DNA from: Poseidonia sp.
GTDB lineage: Archaea > Thermoplasmatota > Poseidoniia > Poseidoniales > Poseidoniaceae
DNA length: 64,000 nucleotides
Direction of reading: 5' to 3'
Assembly (NCBI GenBank): GCA_030827365.1
Contig: JAUREO010000003.1
Coordinates: 972-64,971, forward strand
How positions within the stretch are numbered: the stretch's first letter is position 1; every line of letters starts with the position of its first letter. The translations under genes were made by a program, and so were the position numbers. Below the pieces are notes generated by a model. It saw only the letters and a program-made list of their open reading frames with translations, searched no databases and was not told where the DNA came from. Positions 21,254 to 30,917 of the stretch are shown in pieces.

Positions 21254-21595
21254 TTATTCTTGTTCATCGTGTTGGTTGTTCTTTTTGCGCAAGGTGTGTG
21301 GATTCGCACCGAACGACACATTTTGTCCTTTGATGTTCATTTTAGCAGAGATGGCAAGAATGATACAGAAAAGTGAGAGCGGCCTTGGTAGATAGTTCGA
21401 GCCCCACAATGAACCACCCGAAAGGTAGAGCATCCATAGTATACCAGCACAGAGCAGCAAGAGATAGAAGAGAATGTTTTGAACAATGAGTTCGGCACGT
21501 TCGGAACGAGAAAAGGTGGCAATAAAAGTAAACAAAATCAACGACAAAAAGCAAGTTGCTTCTGCCATGGTTTCAATAAAAGTTGGATTGACCAC
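21254..21595 (-). CDS. Hypothetical membrane protein (about 3 TM)
   Basis: 113 aa with three hydrophobic segments; fills the gap between flanking genes. Confidence 0.7.
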   Translation of the reverse strand: MVNPTFIETMAEATCFLSLILFTFIATFSRSERAELIVQNILFYLLLLCAGILWMLYLSGGSLWGSNYLPRPLSLFCIILAISAKMNIKGQNVSFGANPHTLRKKNNQHDEQE

Positions 21596-21679
21596 GATGC
21601 TCGGTGATGATTGTGCTTCTTGAATGTGGGCATGATTGTTGATGGTAAGGTTATGAATGGTCGTCGCCGTGCATTTACC

Positions 21680-23626
21680 ATGGCAGGCTCATCGTTTTCA
21701 ATTCCAAAACCTCGACCAAGTGGTCCTCCATTTTTTTCAAGAAATCAAGTTGCTCAAATGCTCCATCAGGTCGCCATTCTCCTTGAATTACAAGATGCCA
21801 ATGTGTTTCGAATTCGGTCATATCAAAACTGCAGTCGCCTCATAGGTTCGATATCTGAAGACTTCAATGAACTTGTAGCAAGCGGGGAGTTATTCAATCT
21901 CAAAGGCATTGGCAAAGGACTCGGGGAAGCCATTACTGAATCAATGAACACAGGTGATTGGCCCGATGATTGGATTCGTTTGCATACCGACACGCCCCAA
22001 GGTCTCATCGAGATGCTCGGCATTCCAGGACTTGGACCGAAGCGAATCAAAATCATGCACGACGAATTGGGTGTGGACTCTGTTGCCACTCTAAAACAGG
22101 CAGCACAAGATAATCGAATTGCTCCCATGAAGGGTTTTGGAGAAAAAACACAACAACGCATGCTGGACGGCATTGAACTGCTCTCGAGATTCCATGCACG
22201 ACGACGTCTCGATGTTGGTTTGCGGTATGGGCAGGTTCTCGAAGCCAAAATCGCATCGATTCCTGGAGTTCAACATGCCTCACTCGCCGGCAGTGCTCGG
22301 CGAAGAAGAGAAACGATAGGTGACCTCGATATCGTCGTTTCAGTACATGATTCCGACAAGGACGACGTCTCCAACGCCATTCTCAATCTTTCGGGTATTG
22401 CCGATGTGAAAGGGGCGGGGGATTCGAAAATCAGTTTAATCCTTGATACCTCTATTTTTGAAGAAGAATTTAGACTTGGTCACATCGATAAAAATGTCCT
22501 TGAGGCTATCGGCGGTGACGATTACGAACAATTGGAGGCTTCAGGCACCATTGATGCTCAAGTACGACTAGTTCCCCCACACATAGCACCATTTACCCTC
22601 GCCTACTTCACAGGAAGTAAAGAACACAACATTGCCATGAGGCAACGTGCGATTGACCGTGGTCTCAAACTCAACGAATTTGGGCTCATTCCCGAAGCAA
22701 GTGCTGGTGATCTTAAGGGCATGGATGCGGCTCATTTTTCCCTTCCGGCCTCAAGTGAGCACGATATTTACTCGCATCTTGACCTCTCATTTGTGGAACC
22801 GGAATTGCGGGAGGACATGGGTGAAGTCATCGCTGCAGAAAGCGGCCAACTTCCTGTGCTCATCGAACCTGACCAAATCCGTGGGGCTCTCCACAACCAC
22901 ACAACCCTCTCAGATGGTGAAGCAAGCCTTGAACAAATGGCAGATGCAGCACGTCAACTAGGATGGTCGTGGCTCGGTATTGCTGACCATTCTCCAACCC
23001 TGAAAATTGCTAATGGTGCCAACGCTGAGGATTTACTCGACCAAGGAAGAACCATTCGAAAATACAATGAGCAATGGGCGATGGATGGCGTCGATTTCAA
23101 ACTGTATCACGGTGTAGAATCTGACATCCTCGAGGGTGGAAAACTCGACCATCCCGATGATGTGCTCTCCGAACTCGATTATGTCGTCGCAAGCGTTCAT
23201 GCAATGACAAAGTGGAGAAATAGAGATGAGCAAGCGAACACTGAAGAATTACTCAAGGTCATCGACCATCCCTCAACCACGATTCTTGGTCACCCAACGG
23301 GAAGAATTTTGCAAGGTAGAGAAGGCTATGAAGTTGATCTTTTTGCTGTCCTTGAACACATGGCGGAGCATAACCAAAACGGCGTGCTCAAGGCCATGGA
23401 ACTCAATGCAAGTCCATACCGTTTGGATTTGGATTGGCGGCTTTGTAAGCATGCCAAAGGACTTGGCGTCCCTATTTTTATCAATCCAGATGCTCATTCC
23501 ACAAGAGGGCTATCTGATATTTCGTACGGCGTCATGGCCGGCAGAAAGGGTTGGCTTGAGGCTCATGATGTGTTGAACACGAGAACAATTTCCGAACTTG
23601 ATGTTCTCCTTTCACAAAAAGAATAA
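21680..23626 (+). CDS. polX: DNA polymerase X family protein with C-terminal PHP domain (non-canonical polymerase site)
   Basis: HhH motifs 'LKGIGKG' and 'IPGLGPKR'; 'AGSARR...GDLDIV', 'YFTGSKEHN', 'LNEFGL'; PHP motifs 'HNHTTLSDG', 'DHS', 'HPTGR', 'DAH'. Confidence 0.93.
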   Translation: MAGSSFSIPKPRPSGPPFFSRNQVAQMLHQVAILLELQDANVFRIRSYQNCSRLIGSISEDFNELVASGELFNLKGIGKGLGEAITESMNTGDWPDDWIRLHTDTPQGLIEMLGIPGLGPKRIKIMHDELGVDSVATLKQAAQDNRIAPMKGFGEKTQQRMLDGIELLSRFHARRRLDVGLRYGQVLEAKIASIPGVQHASLAGSARRRRETIGDLDIVVSVHDSDKDDVSNAILNLSGIADVKGAGDSKISLILDTSIFEEEFRLGHIDKNVLEAIGGDDYEQLEASGTIDAQVRLVPPHIAPFTLAYFTGSKEHNIAMRQRAIDRGLKLNEFGLIPEASAGDLKGMDAAHFSLPASSEHDIYSHLDLSFVEPELREDMGEVIAAESGQLPVLIEPDQIRGALHNHTTLSDGEASLEQMADAARQLGWSWLGIADHSPTLKIANGANAEDLLDQGRTIRKYNEQWAMDGVDFKLYHGVESDILEGGKLDHPDDVLSELDYVVASVHAMTKWRNRDEQANTEELLKVIDHPSTTILGHPTGRILQGREGYEVDLFAVLEHMAEHNQNGVLKAMELNASPYRLDLDWRLCKHAKGLGVPIFINPDAHSTRGLSDISYGVMAGRKGWLEAHDVLNTRTISELDVLLSQKE

Positions 23627-23663
23627 GACACACATTCTTGAATCATCAACACGTGGTTTAGCC

Positions 23664-23873
23664 ATGCGAACCCTAAGAACACTCATCATGGGGGGCGTCA
23701 TGTTCATCCCTGGAATGTTTCTCGGTCTTGTTGTGTGGTACATCGCTGGAAAACCAAGCACAGAACCGCTGGAAACACTCATCTGCAATGGAATTCCACT
23801 CGTTTCAATTTCCCTTGGGTTGTTCTTTGGATGGGCAACTGGTGAAGAATACGGCATTCGTGTTGAAAAATGA
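23664..23873 (+). CDS. Small hypothetical membrane protein (2 TM)
   Basis: 69 aa with two hydrophobic helices; TCTTGAA box 28 nt upstream of ATG. Confidence 0.65.
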   Translation: MRTLRTLIMGGVMFIPGMFLGLVVWYIAGKPSTEPLETLICNGIPLVSISLGLFFGWATGEEYGIRVEK

Positions 23874-23889
23874 TTCAGACGTGGTCGTG

Positions 23890-24549
23890 ATGAAACGAGC
23901 AGAAAAAGCAGAACGAATTCGAACTATGCTGGAGGAAATGTATCCTACCACACCCGTGCCGCTTGACCATTCAAATGCATTTGAGTTGCTTGTGGCTGTT
24001 CTCATGAGTGCTCAAACAACAGACCTCAAAGTCAACGAAGTCACTCCCGCTTTGTTCAAGAAAGCCAACAGTGCATCAACGATGGCTCGACTGGATGTTG
24101 AAACTATTCTCAATGACATTCGACAAATTGGCCTTGCTCCGACCAAAGCAAAGAACATCAAACGACTTTCAGAAATTCTTGTTGAACAGCACGATGGTAA
24201 GGTTCCAGATTCTTTTGAAGCATTAGAAGCACTCCCGGGTGTCGGTCACAAAACCGCGAGTGTTGTCATGTCTCAAGCATTTGGAGTCCCTGCATTTCCA
24301 GTTGACACACACATTCACCGATTAGCAGCACGGTGGGGGCTTTCGAACGGAACGACCGTGGAAAAAACCGAAGCAGACCTCAAGCATATTTTTCCCCGAG
24401 AATCTTGGAATAAACTTCATCTGCAAATCATCTTTTTTGGTCGAGAACACTGCCCAGCAAGATTTCACGATTTGACATCATGCCCTATTTGTTCTTGGGC
24501 ATCAACAAAAAAACGGCAAGAACAAGAACATAAGGCCAACAAAAAGTAA
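23890..24549 (+). CDS. nth: Endonuclease III
   Basis: 'LMSAQTTD', HhH 'LPGVGHKTA' with catalytic Lys, 'VDTH' with catalytic Asp. Confidence 0.93.
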   Translation: MKRAEKAERIRTMLEEMYPTTPVPLDHSNAFELLVAVLMSAQTTDLKVNEVTPALFKKANSASTMARLDVETILNDIRQIGLAPTKAKNIKRLSEILVEQHDGKVPDSFEALEALPGVGHKTASVVMSQAFGVPAFPVDTHIHRLAARWGLSNGTTVEKTEADLKHIFPRESWNKLHLQIIFFGREHCPARFHDLTSCPICSWASTKKRQEQEHKANKK

Positions 24550-24566
24550 AGCCTCTCGGCATACTA

Positions 24567-26375
24567 CTACGTCCCAACGCCAAAGACGGCAGAGGCTTGT
24601 TCAAGAATGAGTGCTGTCACCAAAGATGCAATGCCTGCAACCCATGTCAAGGTGATCATTTGTCCAAGAGCACTCGTCCTTGTTCCCCCTCGAAGACGAG
24701 TAGCGATAATCGAGACTGAGATGATTTGAGATAAAATAATCAATGAAACGATAATTTTGAACATCCGAATATTATCATCAACCCCAGTAGGGTCTTCCAT
24801 GACAGGCAGTGCTACTCCTGCTCCAAAATCCGAGAGGGCATTGACATCCGTATCAGTGAAATTACTTGCAACACCAGCAATGGCTTCACCAAGTTGCAAA
24901 ACAATAGCAATGGTCACATTGAGCGAAGCGACACTCGAAATCATCAATCCAAGGGCAACTCCCCACATTGTATTTGCCGATAGTGAACGTCGATGACGAA
25001 GTGATAGCAAATTTCCAACTGACCTCGAAACCATCTCTGCAGTGTCAGCAGGTTGACCTGAGGATTGTGAACCTTCGATGTAAATTCGGGTGTATCGAGA
25101 AATAACTGCCGAATTGGTATCAGCGTTGAAGTAATCCCAAGCACGGTCAGAATCTATTCGGGTGGAAAGCCGCTTCTCCAATCGATCAATAGCATTGTCG
25201 AGTAAACCAAAATCAATGCCTCGCAAAGCCCGAATCGTTGCAGAGGGTTCAGACGAACGAGCTTGGGCTGTACCACCAAGTGCTCGAATAAAATCGGGGT
25301 ATGTTTCATCTCTGCGTTGAATTTGACGCTCTTCTCTTCCAATCATGATTGAAGGAAGGAGGAAGGGTGTGAATGGTAAGACAACATATATGAGGCCATA
25401 TTTGTCCCAATTTTGTGAGAGGAATTCCCACAGAAAAATAGCTGAAAATGAAAATATGACCAACAAAAATGAAGAAAATCCCGAAGCTATGAGAAACGAC
25501 CTTCGAAAATTCACTCGGAAAGGTGTATCCATTTCGTCTCTTGCAAAGGTTTGGTCTTTGGGAATCGTGGCACGAAAAGCAAACACGGCACCAATTTGAA
25601 CAAAGACGAAAATGAGTGTCGCAAGCAAAAGATATCGAAGTCGATTTGCAATCTCGATTGGAGTATCACTATTTCCTCCAACTTGAAACAGTACGAGATG
25701 AATGCCCGCAATCACCAAAGCAAAGAGTCCAGCAGTCACAAGGCTAACATAAATTTCTTTGAGTGTGTCAACCGATTCTAGCCGAGTATCGTAAATTGTG
25801 TTGTATTGCTCAGCAATTGTTTCTTGTTCACTTCGCATGAATTCATCAATTGGTTGACCTGCCTCGATAGAGAACGCCATACGGTCAAGAAAATCTGACC
25901 ACAATGGACTCGGGCTTTGGTATGCCACAATCCTCGCTGCTTCTGGAAGGGATGTGTGCCACTTGTCAACAAGTGTTTCAATTCGTTTCACTTCAGAAGC
26001 AAGTTCACCATAATCTTTCATTTGCTTGAGAATATCAAAAATTGATTGTGCCCCTACTTCACCAAGGGATAAAATGCCCATTCGAGTGATGAACATGTGC
26101 ATCTCTGCTTCAATCAGATTCGCTGACCTGGTGACCTCTACCAGTGGAAATCCAATTGCGGAAATCCCTAGAATGAGTGGTAAGATGATGAGCAAAAGTA
26201 CTCCTGCAAGGCCAGCAAAAAGAGCCCCTTCGGAAAATCCTCCTGATATGAATATGATGACGCCGGCTGCAACCAACCCCGCAACCATGATTGGAATAAC
26301 ATAGAGAGCAAAGAAGCGTTCAATGGGCATCTCAAGGCGTCGAACGGCTATCTGCCAAATTGGCATTTTATCCAT
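24567..26375 (-). CDS. arlJ: Archaellum platform membrane protein
   Basis: Polytopic, two T2SS-F-like cytoplasmic domains ('DFLDRMAFSIEAGQ', 'YPDFIRALG'); follows arlI. Confidence 0.9.
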   Translation of the reverse strand: MDKMPIWQIAVRRLEMPIERFFALYVIPIMVAGLVAAGVIIFISGGFSEGALFAGLAGVLLLIILPLILGISAIGFPLVEVTRSANLIEAEMHMFITRMGILSLGEVGAQSIFDILKQMKDYGELASEVKRIETLVDKWHTSLPEAARIVAYQSPSPLWSDFLDRMAFSIEAGQPIDEFMRSEQETIAEQYNTIYDTRLESVDTLKEIYVSLVTAGLFALVIAGIHLVLFQVGGNSDTPIEIANRLRYLLLATLIFVFVQIGAVFAFRATIPKDQTFARDEMDTPFRVNFRRSFLIASGFSSFLLVIFSFSAIFLWEFLSQNWDKYGLIYVVLPFTPFLLPSIMIGREERQIQRRDETYPDFIRALGGTAQARSSEPSATIRALRGIDFGLLDNAIDRLEKRLSTRIDSDRAWDYFNADTNSAVISRYTRIYIEGSQSSGQPADTAEMVSRSVGNLLSLRHRRSLSANTMWGVALGLMISSVASLNVTIAIVLQLGEAIAGVASNFTDTDVNALSDFGAGVALPVMEDPTGVDDNIRMFKIIVSLIILSQIISVSIIATRLRGGTRTSALGQMITLTWVAGIASLVTALILEQASAVFGVGT

Positions 26376-26387
26376 CGTATCAGCACC

Positions 26388-28103
26388 TCATTTCTTGTTG
26401 ACGCCAACCCAATTTTCAACGGCTCTTTCAAAGGAATCCATGCCGTTGGTGTAGTAAATACCGAGTAAATCGAACACATCGTCGTAATGGGTTAAATCTC
26501 GTTCACACATTTTTTGAATTGCTGCAGCACGCCTCTGCATGTCATCATAAATGTCTCGCTTGTTCGCATAACCAGCCATCGCAGCAATTTTATTTTCAAG
26601 CAAATGACTTTGGAACATACCTCTAAAGTAATGCTTGTCTTTGACGGCGTCCCATTCAAACATACCACGAGTAAGTACGCCGTCGCTATGTTTGTTGTAT
26701 CCAATAACCTCGTCGATTCCCGTTACACGTCTGGCAATTCCACCACCAGGTGCCTCGACGACTTCCTGGAATATGGCAAAATTGAGGTTATCGAAAAACC
26801 GAATTGGAACATTGATTGGGTCACCAGTAAATCGTTGAATCATTTTTACGATCGATGATGCGTGGAAAGTCGCAATAACGGGGTGACCTGTTTGCATTGC
26901 TTGAAACGCAGTTGCCCCCTCAACACCACGAATTTCACCGATAATGATGTAACGAGGTCGACTACGCAATGCAGCTTTGAGAAGGTCGAACATCTGGACT
27001 CGTGATTCCTCATTCTTGGAGTCTCGGGTCACAAGCCGTTGCCAAATTTTGTGACGAACCTTCACCTCAGGCGTATCTTCAGCAGAATAAATTTTGACAT
27101 TGTGGTCGATAAATGGCAAGATGGCGTTCAATGTCGTGGTCTTACCAGACGCTGTTTCACCAGAAACCAAGACAGACATACCATATTCCAAACAAATCCA
27201 AATGTAAGCAGCCTGCTGGGCAGACATCGTTCCCCATTTGATAAGTTGGGTCACTGATATTGTTTCTTCGGCAAACTTACGAATGGTAAACGAAGGTCCA
27301 AGCATTGAGACGTCGTCAGAGAAAATAATGTTGATACGAGAACCATCGAGCAAAGCACCATCGATAATTGGTTTGTTGTCGGATACAGGTCGCCCGATAC
27401 GTTCGGACATAGCACGAAGATATCTTGAAAGCAATTCTCGTTCGCGAAATCGTATATTCGATGTCACCATACCAAAGACCTTGTGATCCATATGGATGTG
27501 CTTAAGTCCGACGGAGTGTATATCTTCCAGCATTTCATCAGAAAGAAGGGGTTCAAGTGGACCGTTCCGAATCAAATCTCGAACGACGATGTATCGTAGT
27601 CGTTCTCGTTGAGTGACTGAAACAGTTTGACGCTTATCATCAAGTCCAATGAGTTCCCACAACCGGCCTTGCCGCCGTGCAATAGCATTCGCTTCAGTAT
27701 CAAGTACAGTGTACTGGTCAATCATTTGACTTAGAATCGTTTCAAACTCATTATCGGTAGTAAAAGTAGGTGCAGACGGTGCTTCTTGGAGTAATGTTTC
27801 GACAAGATGACGGCGTATATTTTCCTCTTGGTCAGTGAGTTGTGGTTCAAGACCAAACCAGAGAATTTGCCCTCCGCCTTCTTCATCTTCTGGTGGTTCG
27901 TAAATGTGGACAAAAATTGGTTCTTTGGTGATGTAAATCAAATTAAGTGGCCTTTGTTTCTTTGCATCTCTGTCGAGTGGCCCATAGTAAATTGGCCGTG
28001 AACCGTGTTGCATCTCAAAATCTCGAACCCATTCACCAACGTGAGGATGAGCATTCATGACGCTATTAAGGTCGCCTTTTGCAAATCTTGATTCTTCTGC
28101 CAT
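26388..28103 (-). CDS. arlI: Archaellum assembly/motor ATPase
   Basis: 'GETASGKTT', 'EDTPE', 'ALRSRPRYIIIGEIRG', 'QAMQTGH', 'TFHA'. Confidence 0.95.
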   Translation of the reverse strand: MAEESRFAKGDLNSVMNAHPHVGEWVRDFEMQHGSRPIYYGPLDRDAKKQRPLNLIYITKEPIFVHIYEPPEDEEGGGQILWFGLEPQLTDQEENIRRHLVETLLQEAPSAPTFTTDNEFETILSQMIDQYTVLDTEANAIARRQGRLWELIGLDDKRQTVSVTQRERLRYIVVRDLIRNGPLEPLLSDEMLEDIHSVGLKHIHMDHKVFGMVTSNIRFRERELLSRYLRAMSERIGRPVSDNKPIIDGALLDGSRINIIFSDDVSMLGPSFTIRKFAEETISVTQLIKWGTMSAQQAAYIWICLEYGMSVLVSGETASGKTTTLNAILPFIDHNVKIYSAEDTPEVKVRHKIWQRLVTRDSKNEESRVQMFDLLKAALRSRPRYIIIGEIRGVEGATAFQAMQTGHPVIATFHASSIVKMIQRFTGDPINVPIRFFDNLNFAIFQEVVEAPGGGIARRVTGIDEVIGYNKHSDGVLTRGMFEWDAVKDKHYFRGMFQSHLLENKIAAMAGYANKRDIYDDMQRRAAAIQKMCERDLTHYDDVFDLLGIYYTNGMDSFERAVENWVGVNKK

Positions 28104-28113
28104 GTGATCAACC

Positions 28114-28851
28114 TCAACTGACTGCAGTGATATCCACGATGAATCCCATGCTTGGTTCAACACGCCATCCAATGGAGGTTTGAACCGGACCAGCGGCTCG
28201 AAGGAACCTTGTCACCACGATATTTCGTTTCAAATCTCCACCAATCATTGCCGTTTTCATATCAAGAACCAATTCAGCTGATGAACGCATAGAATGCAAA
28301 AGCCTACCATCCATCTCATCTGGGTCGATGCAAAGCATGATTGAACGCCCTTGTGAAGCAATCTTTCTCAACTTTTGCATAAATTGAAATCGTTCATTTG
28401 CATCTAAATTCGCTGGAACAAGTGCACTGGCAGCATCGATAACGATGACATCGGCCATGGCGACGGCGGGACTATCGAGAACGTCAGAAATCATAACATC
28501 GCTTCGAGATTCAGCAATAGTACCATATCTACTGATGACCATAATTCGGCCTTCTCGAATAGAATGGGTTACGCCATATCCAATGGATTCCATTTGTTCA
28601 ATCCAACCTCTTGTTGTGAGTTCGGTTGTAATCACTAGAACTTTGACATCATTTTCAACTAGACCGTAAGACAATCGCTGAGCAATCAATGATTTTCCTG
28701 CTCCAACACTTCCTTGCACGACATATAACGAACGATTGGGCAACCGCAAGCCCATCGAATCAGCAAGTGAATCGGTTTCCAAATCAAATGGAAACCCGTC
28801 TTCGACTGGTTTATGTGCAATCATGAATGGATCATCATCATTAGATTTCAT
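28114..28851 (-). CDS. arlH: Archaellum KaiC/RecA-like ATP-binding protein
   Basis: 'GSVGAGKS', 'TELTT', C-terminal 'WRVEPSMGFIVDITAVS'. Confidence 0.9.
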   Translation of the reverse strand: MKSNDDDPFMIAHKPVEDGFPFDLETDSLADSMGLRLPNRSLYVVQGSVGAGKSLIAQRLSYGLVENDVKVLVITTELTTRGWIEQMESIGYGVTHSIREGRIMVISRYGTIAESRSDVMISDVLDSPAVAMADVIVIDAASALVPANLDANERFQFMQKLRKIASQGRSIMLCIDPDEMDGRLLHSMRSSAELVLDMKTAMIGGDLKRNIVVTRFLRAAGPVQTSIGWRVEPSMGFIVDITAVS

Positions 28852-29335
28852 GAAGTCTCACCTCTTTTGAAAATGTGCTTGAATATGAATTTCCAGCAAA
28901 TGGTTCTGATGTAGCAGTAACAAACAATTGGATATCTTCACCATCGACGTACGAGGCATAACCCGCGTCGGAGAGCGTGATTTCCATAACATAACCTGAC
29001 AACCATGCAGTGCCCGAAGGCGAAATTGAGGTTGATGTCGATGTTGGCTCATCTCCGTTGATAAGGATAAGGAAATTTGTAGTACTCATTTCAATTTCTC
29101 CTGAATTCAAAACATAAATTGTGATATCGTTGTTACTTGCTGAGTCCATGATAACCATCATTGGGTCTCCAGCAAAATCGATGGATACCTTCCCTTCGTG
29201 TTCTGATTTTTGTTGATTCTTCGAAATGGCTTTTACCGCTGAACCCCATTCTTCGATGAGAATAGTTCCGGCGGCTCCAGAAACGAGTAATGCAGTCACC
29301 AGCATAATGAAAGATGATGCTCCACCGTCTGCCAT
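28841..29335 (-). CDS. arlG: Archaellum stator protein ArlG
   Basis: N-terminal TM, 'IYVLNSG', 'ILING'; position between arlF and arlH. Confidence 0.8.
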   Translation of the reverse strand: MADGGASSFIMLVTALLVSGAAGTILIEEWGSAVKAISKNQQKSEHEGKVSIDFAGDPMMVIMDSASNNDITIYVLNSGEIEMSTTNFLILINGDEPTSTSTSISPSGTAWLSGYVMEITLSDAGYASYVDGEDIQLFVTATSEPFAGNSYSSTFSKEVRLHEI

Positions 29336-29344
29336 GTCCTCACC

Positions 29345-30025
29345 TCAACCTAAATTTGTGCCAAGTGTTGTTTCTCCGACGGTCAGTGACATTCGAGTCG
29401 GATTTGTTGAAGCACCTACATCGTTCCACTGAAGATACAAGGTTTCGCCTGTGTACCAGTTTGTTGAAGGTATTGACGACCTATCGTAACTGACCAACGT
29501 ATCAGCAATCATTGATGAATGAATCGAACTCATTTGAGTGAGCGTATCGCCATCAACGCTTATCCATATTGATTCGAAAGCAATTTCTGACGAACCAGTG
29601 TTGGTTAGATTTGCATAGATGTATTGTCCTCTTGTCACAGTGAAGACAGCATTTCCATCGCCGTCTCCGGAAATTGATATCGTTGGATTGGATGTATAAT
29701 TCCCTGGTGTTAAGATGGTAATGCTTGCTACACCTCCACTTGAAGTGGTGTAGGTCGCTGAAAACCCTGAGCCTGTAGCACCGGATGCAGAAACTGTTCC
29801 ACCACCGTTGTAATTCGTGCCAACGCTTGAAACGGTGACATTCACCACAGCTCCTTCCCAGACAACTGCATTGTCGATAGTGAATGTTGGTATTGGATTC
29901 TCTGCCCCATCAATCCGTTCAATTCCGGATTCGATTTGAGCGTTGATGGATTGATATGCCATGCTAAACACGACAAGCATCGAAATGCCGACGATCAATC
30001 CACCAATACCAACAGAAGCACCCAT
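29345..30025 (-). CDS. arlF: Archaellum stator protein ArlF with internal insertion
   Basis: 'MGASVG' TM start, 'NLTNTGS...ISVDG', 'WYTGETL'. Confidence 0.8.
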   Translation of the reverse strand: MGASVGIGGLIVGISMLVVFSMAYQSINAQIESGIERIDGAENPIPTFTIDNAVVWEGAVVNVTVSSVGTNYNGGGTVSASGATGSGFSATYTTSSGGVASITILTPGNYTSNPTISISGDGDGNAVFTVTRGQYIYANLTNTGSSEIAFESIWISVDGDTLTQMSSIHSSMIADTLVSYDRSSIPSTNWYTGETLYLQWNDVGASTNPTRMSLTVGETTLGTNLG

Positions 30026-30026
30026 G

Positions 30027-30872
30027 TTACTCTTCCCCACGTAGATTTTTCATTGCTCGCCAAGATGAAATCAAGGCTGAAAATGTCAGAAGTGCTCTAT
30101 GTGGCAAATGGTCGTTGAGCGCAGCCTCAGATTCACCCGGATTTGCGAGTTGAACGATAGCCAAAACTTGCTTACCTTCTTCTGAGGAGAGCATTCCTGA
30201 GTCAATCGCTTTCTGAGTGAAACTCACTGCAGCCATTCCAGTCATATTGTCAAGCAACAAAGCAGCCACAGTTGGTGCACCGACAGATGATTCATGCGAA
30301 CCAAGCATTTCTGGTGCAATCAAAAATGGATTTGCTGCAAGAGCTTGTGCCTCATACAATTCAACGAGCGGAGCTTTATCTTCTTCCATTAGTCGTTGTG
30401 TACCAGCAACCGTTCGAACGTCGCCAGAAGCGGTGATGATTCTATCTCCGCCAACTTCCGAAACATCATGACCATCATCATCATCATCGTCTTCATCGTC
30501 ATCATGACCAGCATGCTTTGACATGCTTTGCATTTTTGACTCAAACAAACTGATTGCGTCTTCAATCATGTCGAGCCGGCTACTGAGCATTCGCTCCAAA
30601 CCAGATGTGTCAACAGATGCAGGTGCTGCTTGTTGAACAACTGGATTTGGTGACATTGCTTGTGCAACGGTAGGAACACTGCCAATACTATCCAATTTTG
30701 CTCTTGTGGGTCCCGCTGAGATCGTCCAAGCATCTTCCTCGACAAGTTCGCCTTCACTTGGAAGAGGAACTTGCTCGATGGCGACATTAGAGAGAATTTT
30801 CATTCTCTCCTCTGTTAAGGCTTGTTCTGCACTCTTGTTACCACTCGAGCCCATTCCAAATGGCCATGCCAT
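30027..30872 (-). CDS. Divergent fused ArlC/D/E-like protein
   Basis: Coiled coil, then 'LVELYEAQALAANPF' (resembles ArlC LYE...NPF) and C-terminal 'LPHRALLTFSAL' (resembles ArlD/E H..SL.FI..L); occupies the arlCDE position. Confidence 0.6.
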   Translation of the reverse strand: MAWPFGMGSSGNKSAEQALTEERMKILSNVAIEQVPLPSEGELVEEDAWTISAGPTRAKLDSIGSVPTVAQAMSPNPVVQQAAPASVDTSGLERMLSSRLDMIEDAISLFESKMQSMSKHAGHDDDEDDDDDDGHDVSEVGGDRIITASGDVRTVAGTQRLMEEDKAPLVELYEAQALAANPFLIAPEMLGSHESSVGAPTVAALLLDNMTGMAAVSFTQKAIDSGMLSSEEGKQVLAIVQLANPGESEAALNDHLPHRALLTFSALISSWRAMKNLRGEE

Positions 30873-30885
30873 TGGTAAACCCTCC

Positions 30886-30912
30886 CCTAAGAATCCGTTT
30901 GGGATTCTTAGG
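30886..30912. promoter_or_regulatory. Perfect 11-bp stem-loop between arlB2 and the arlCDE-like gene
   Basis: CCTAAGAATCC-gtttg-GGATTCTTAGG. Confidence 0.8.
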
Positions 30913-30917
30913 TGAAA

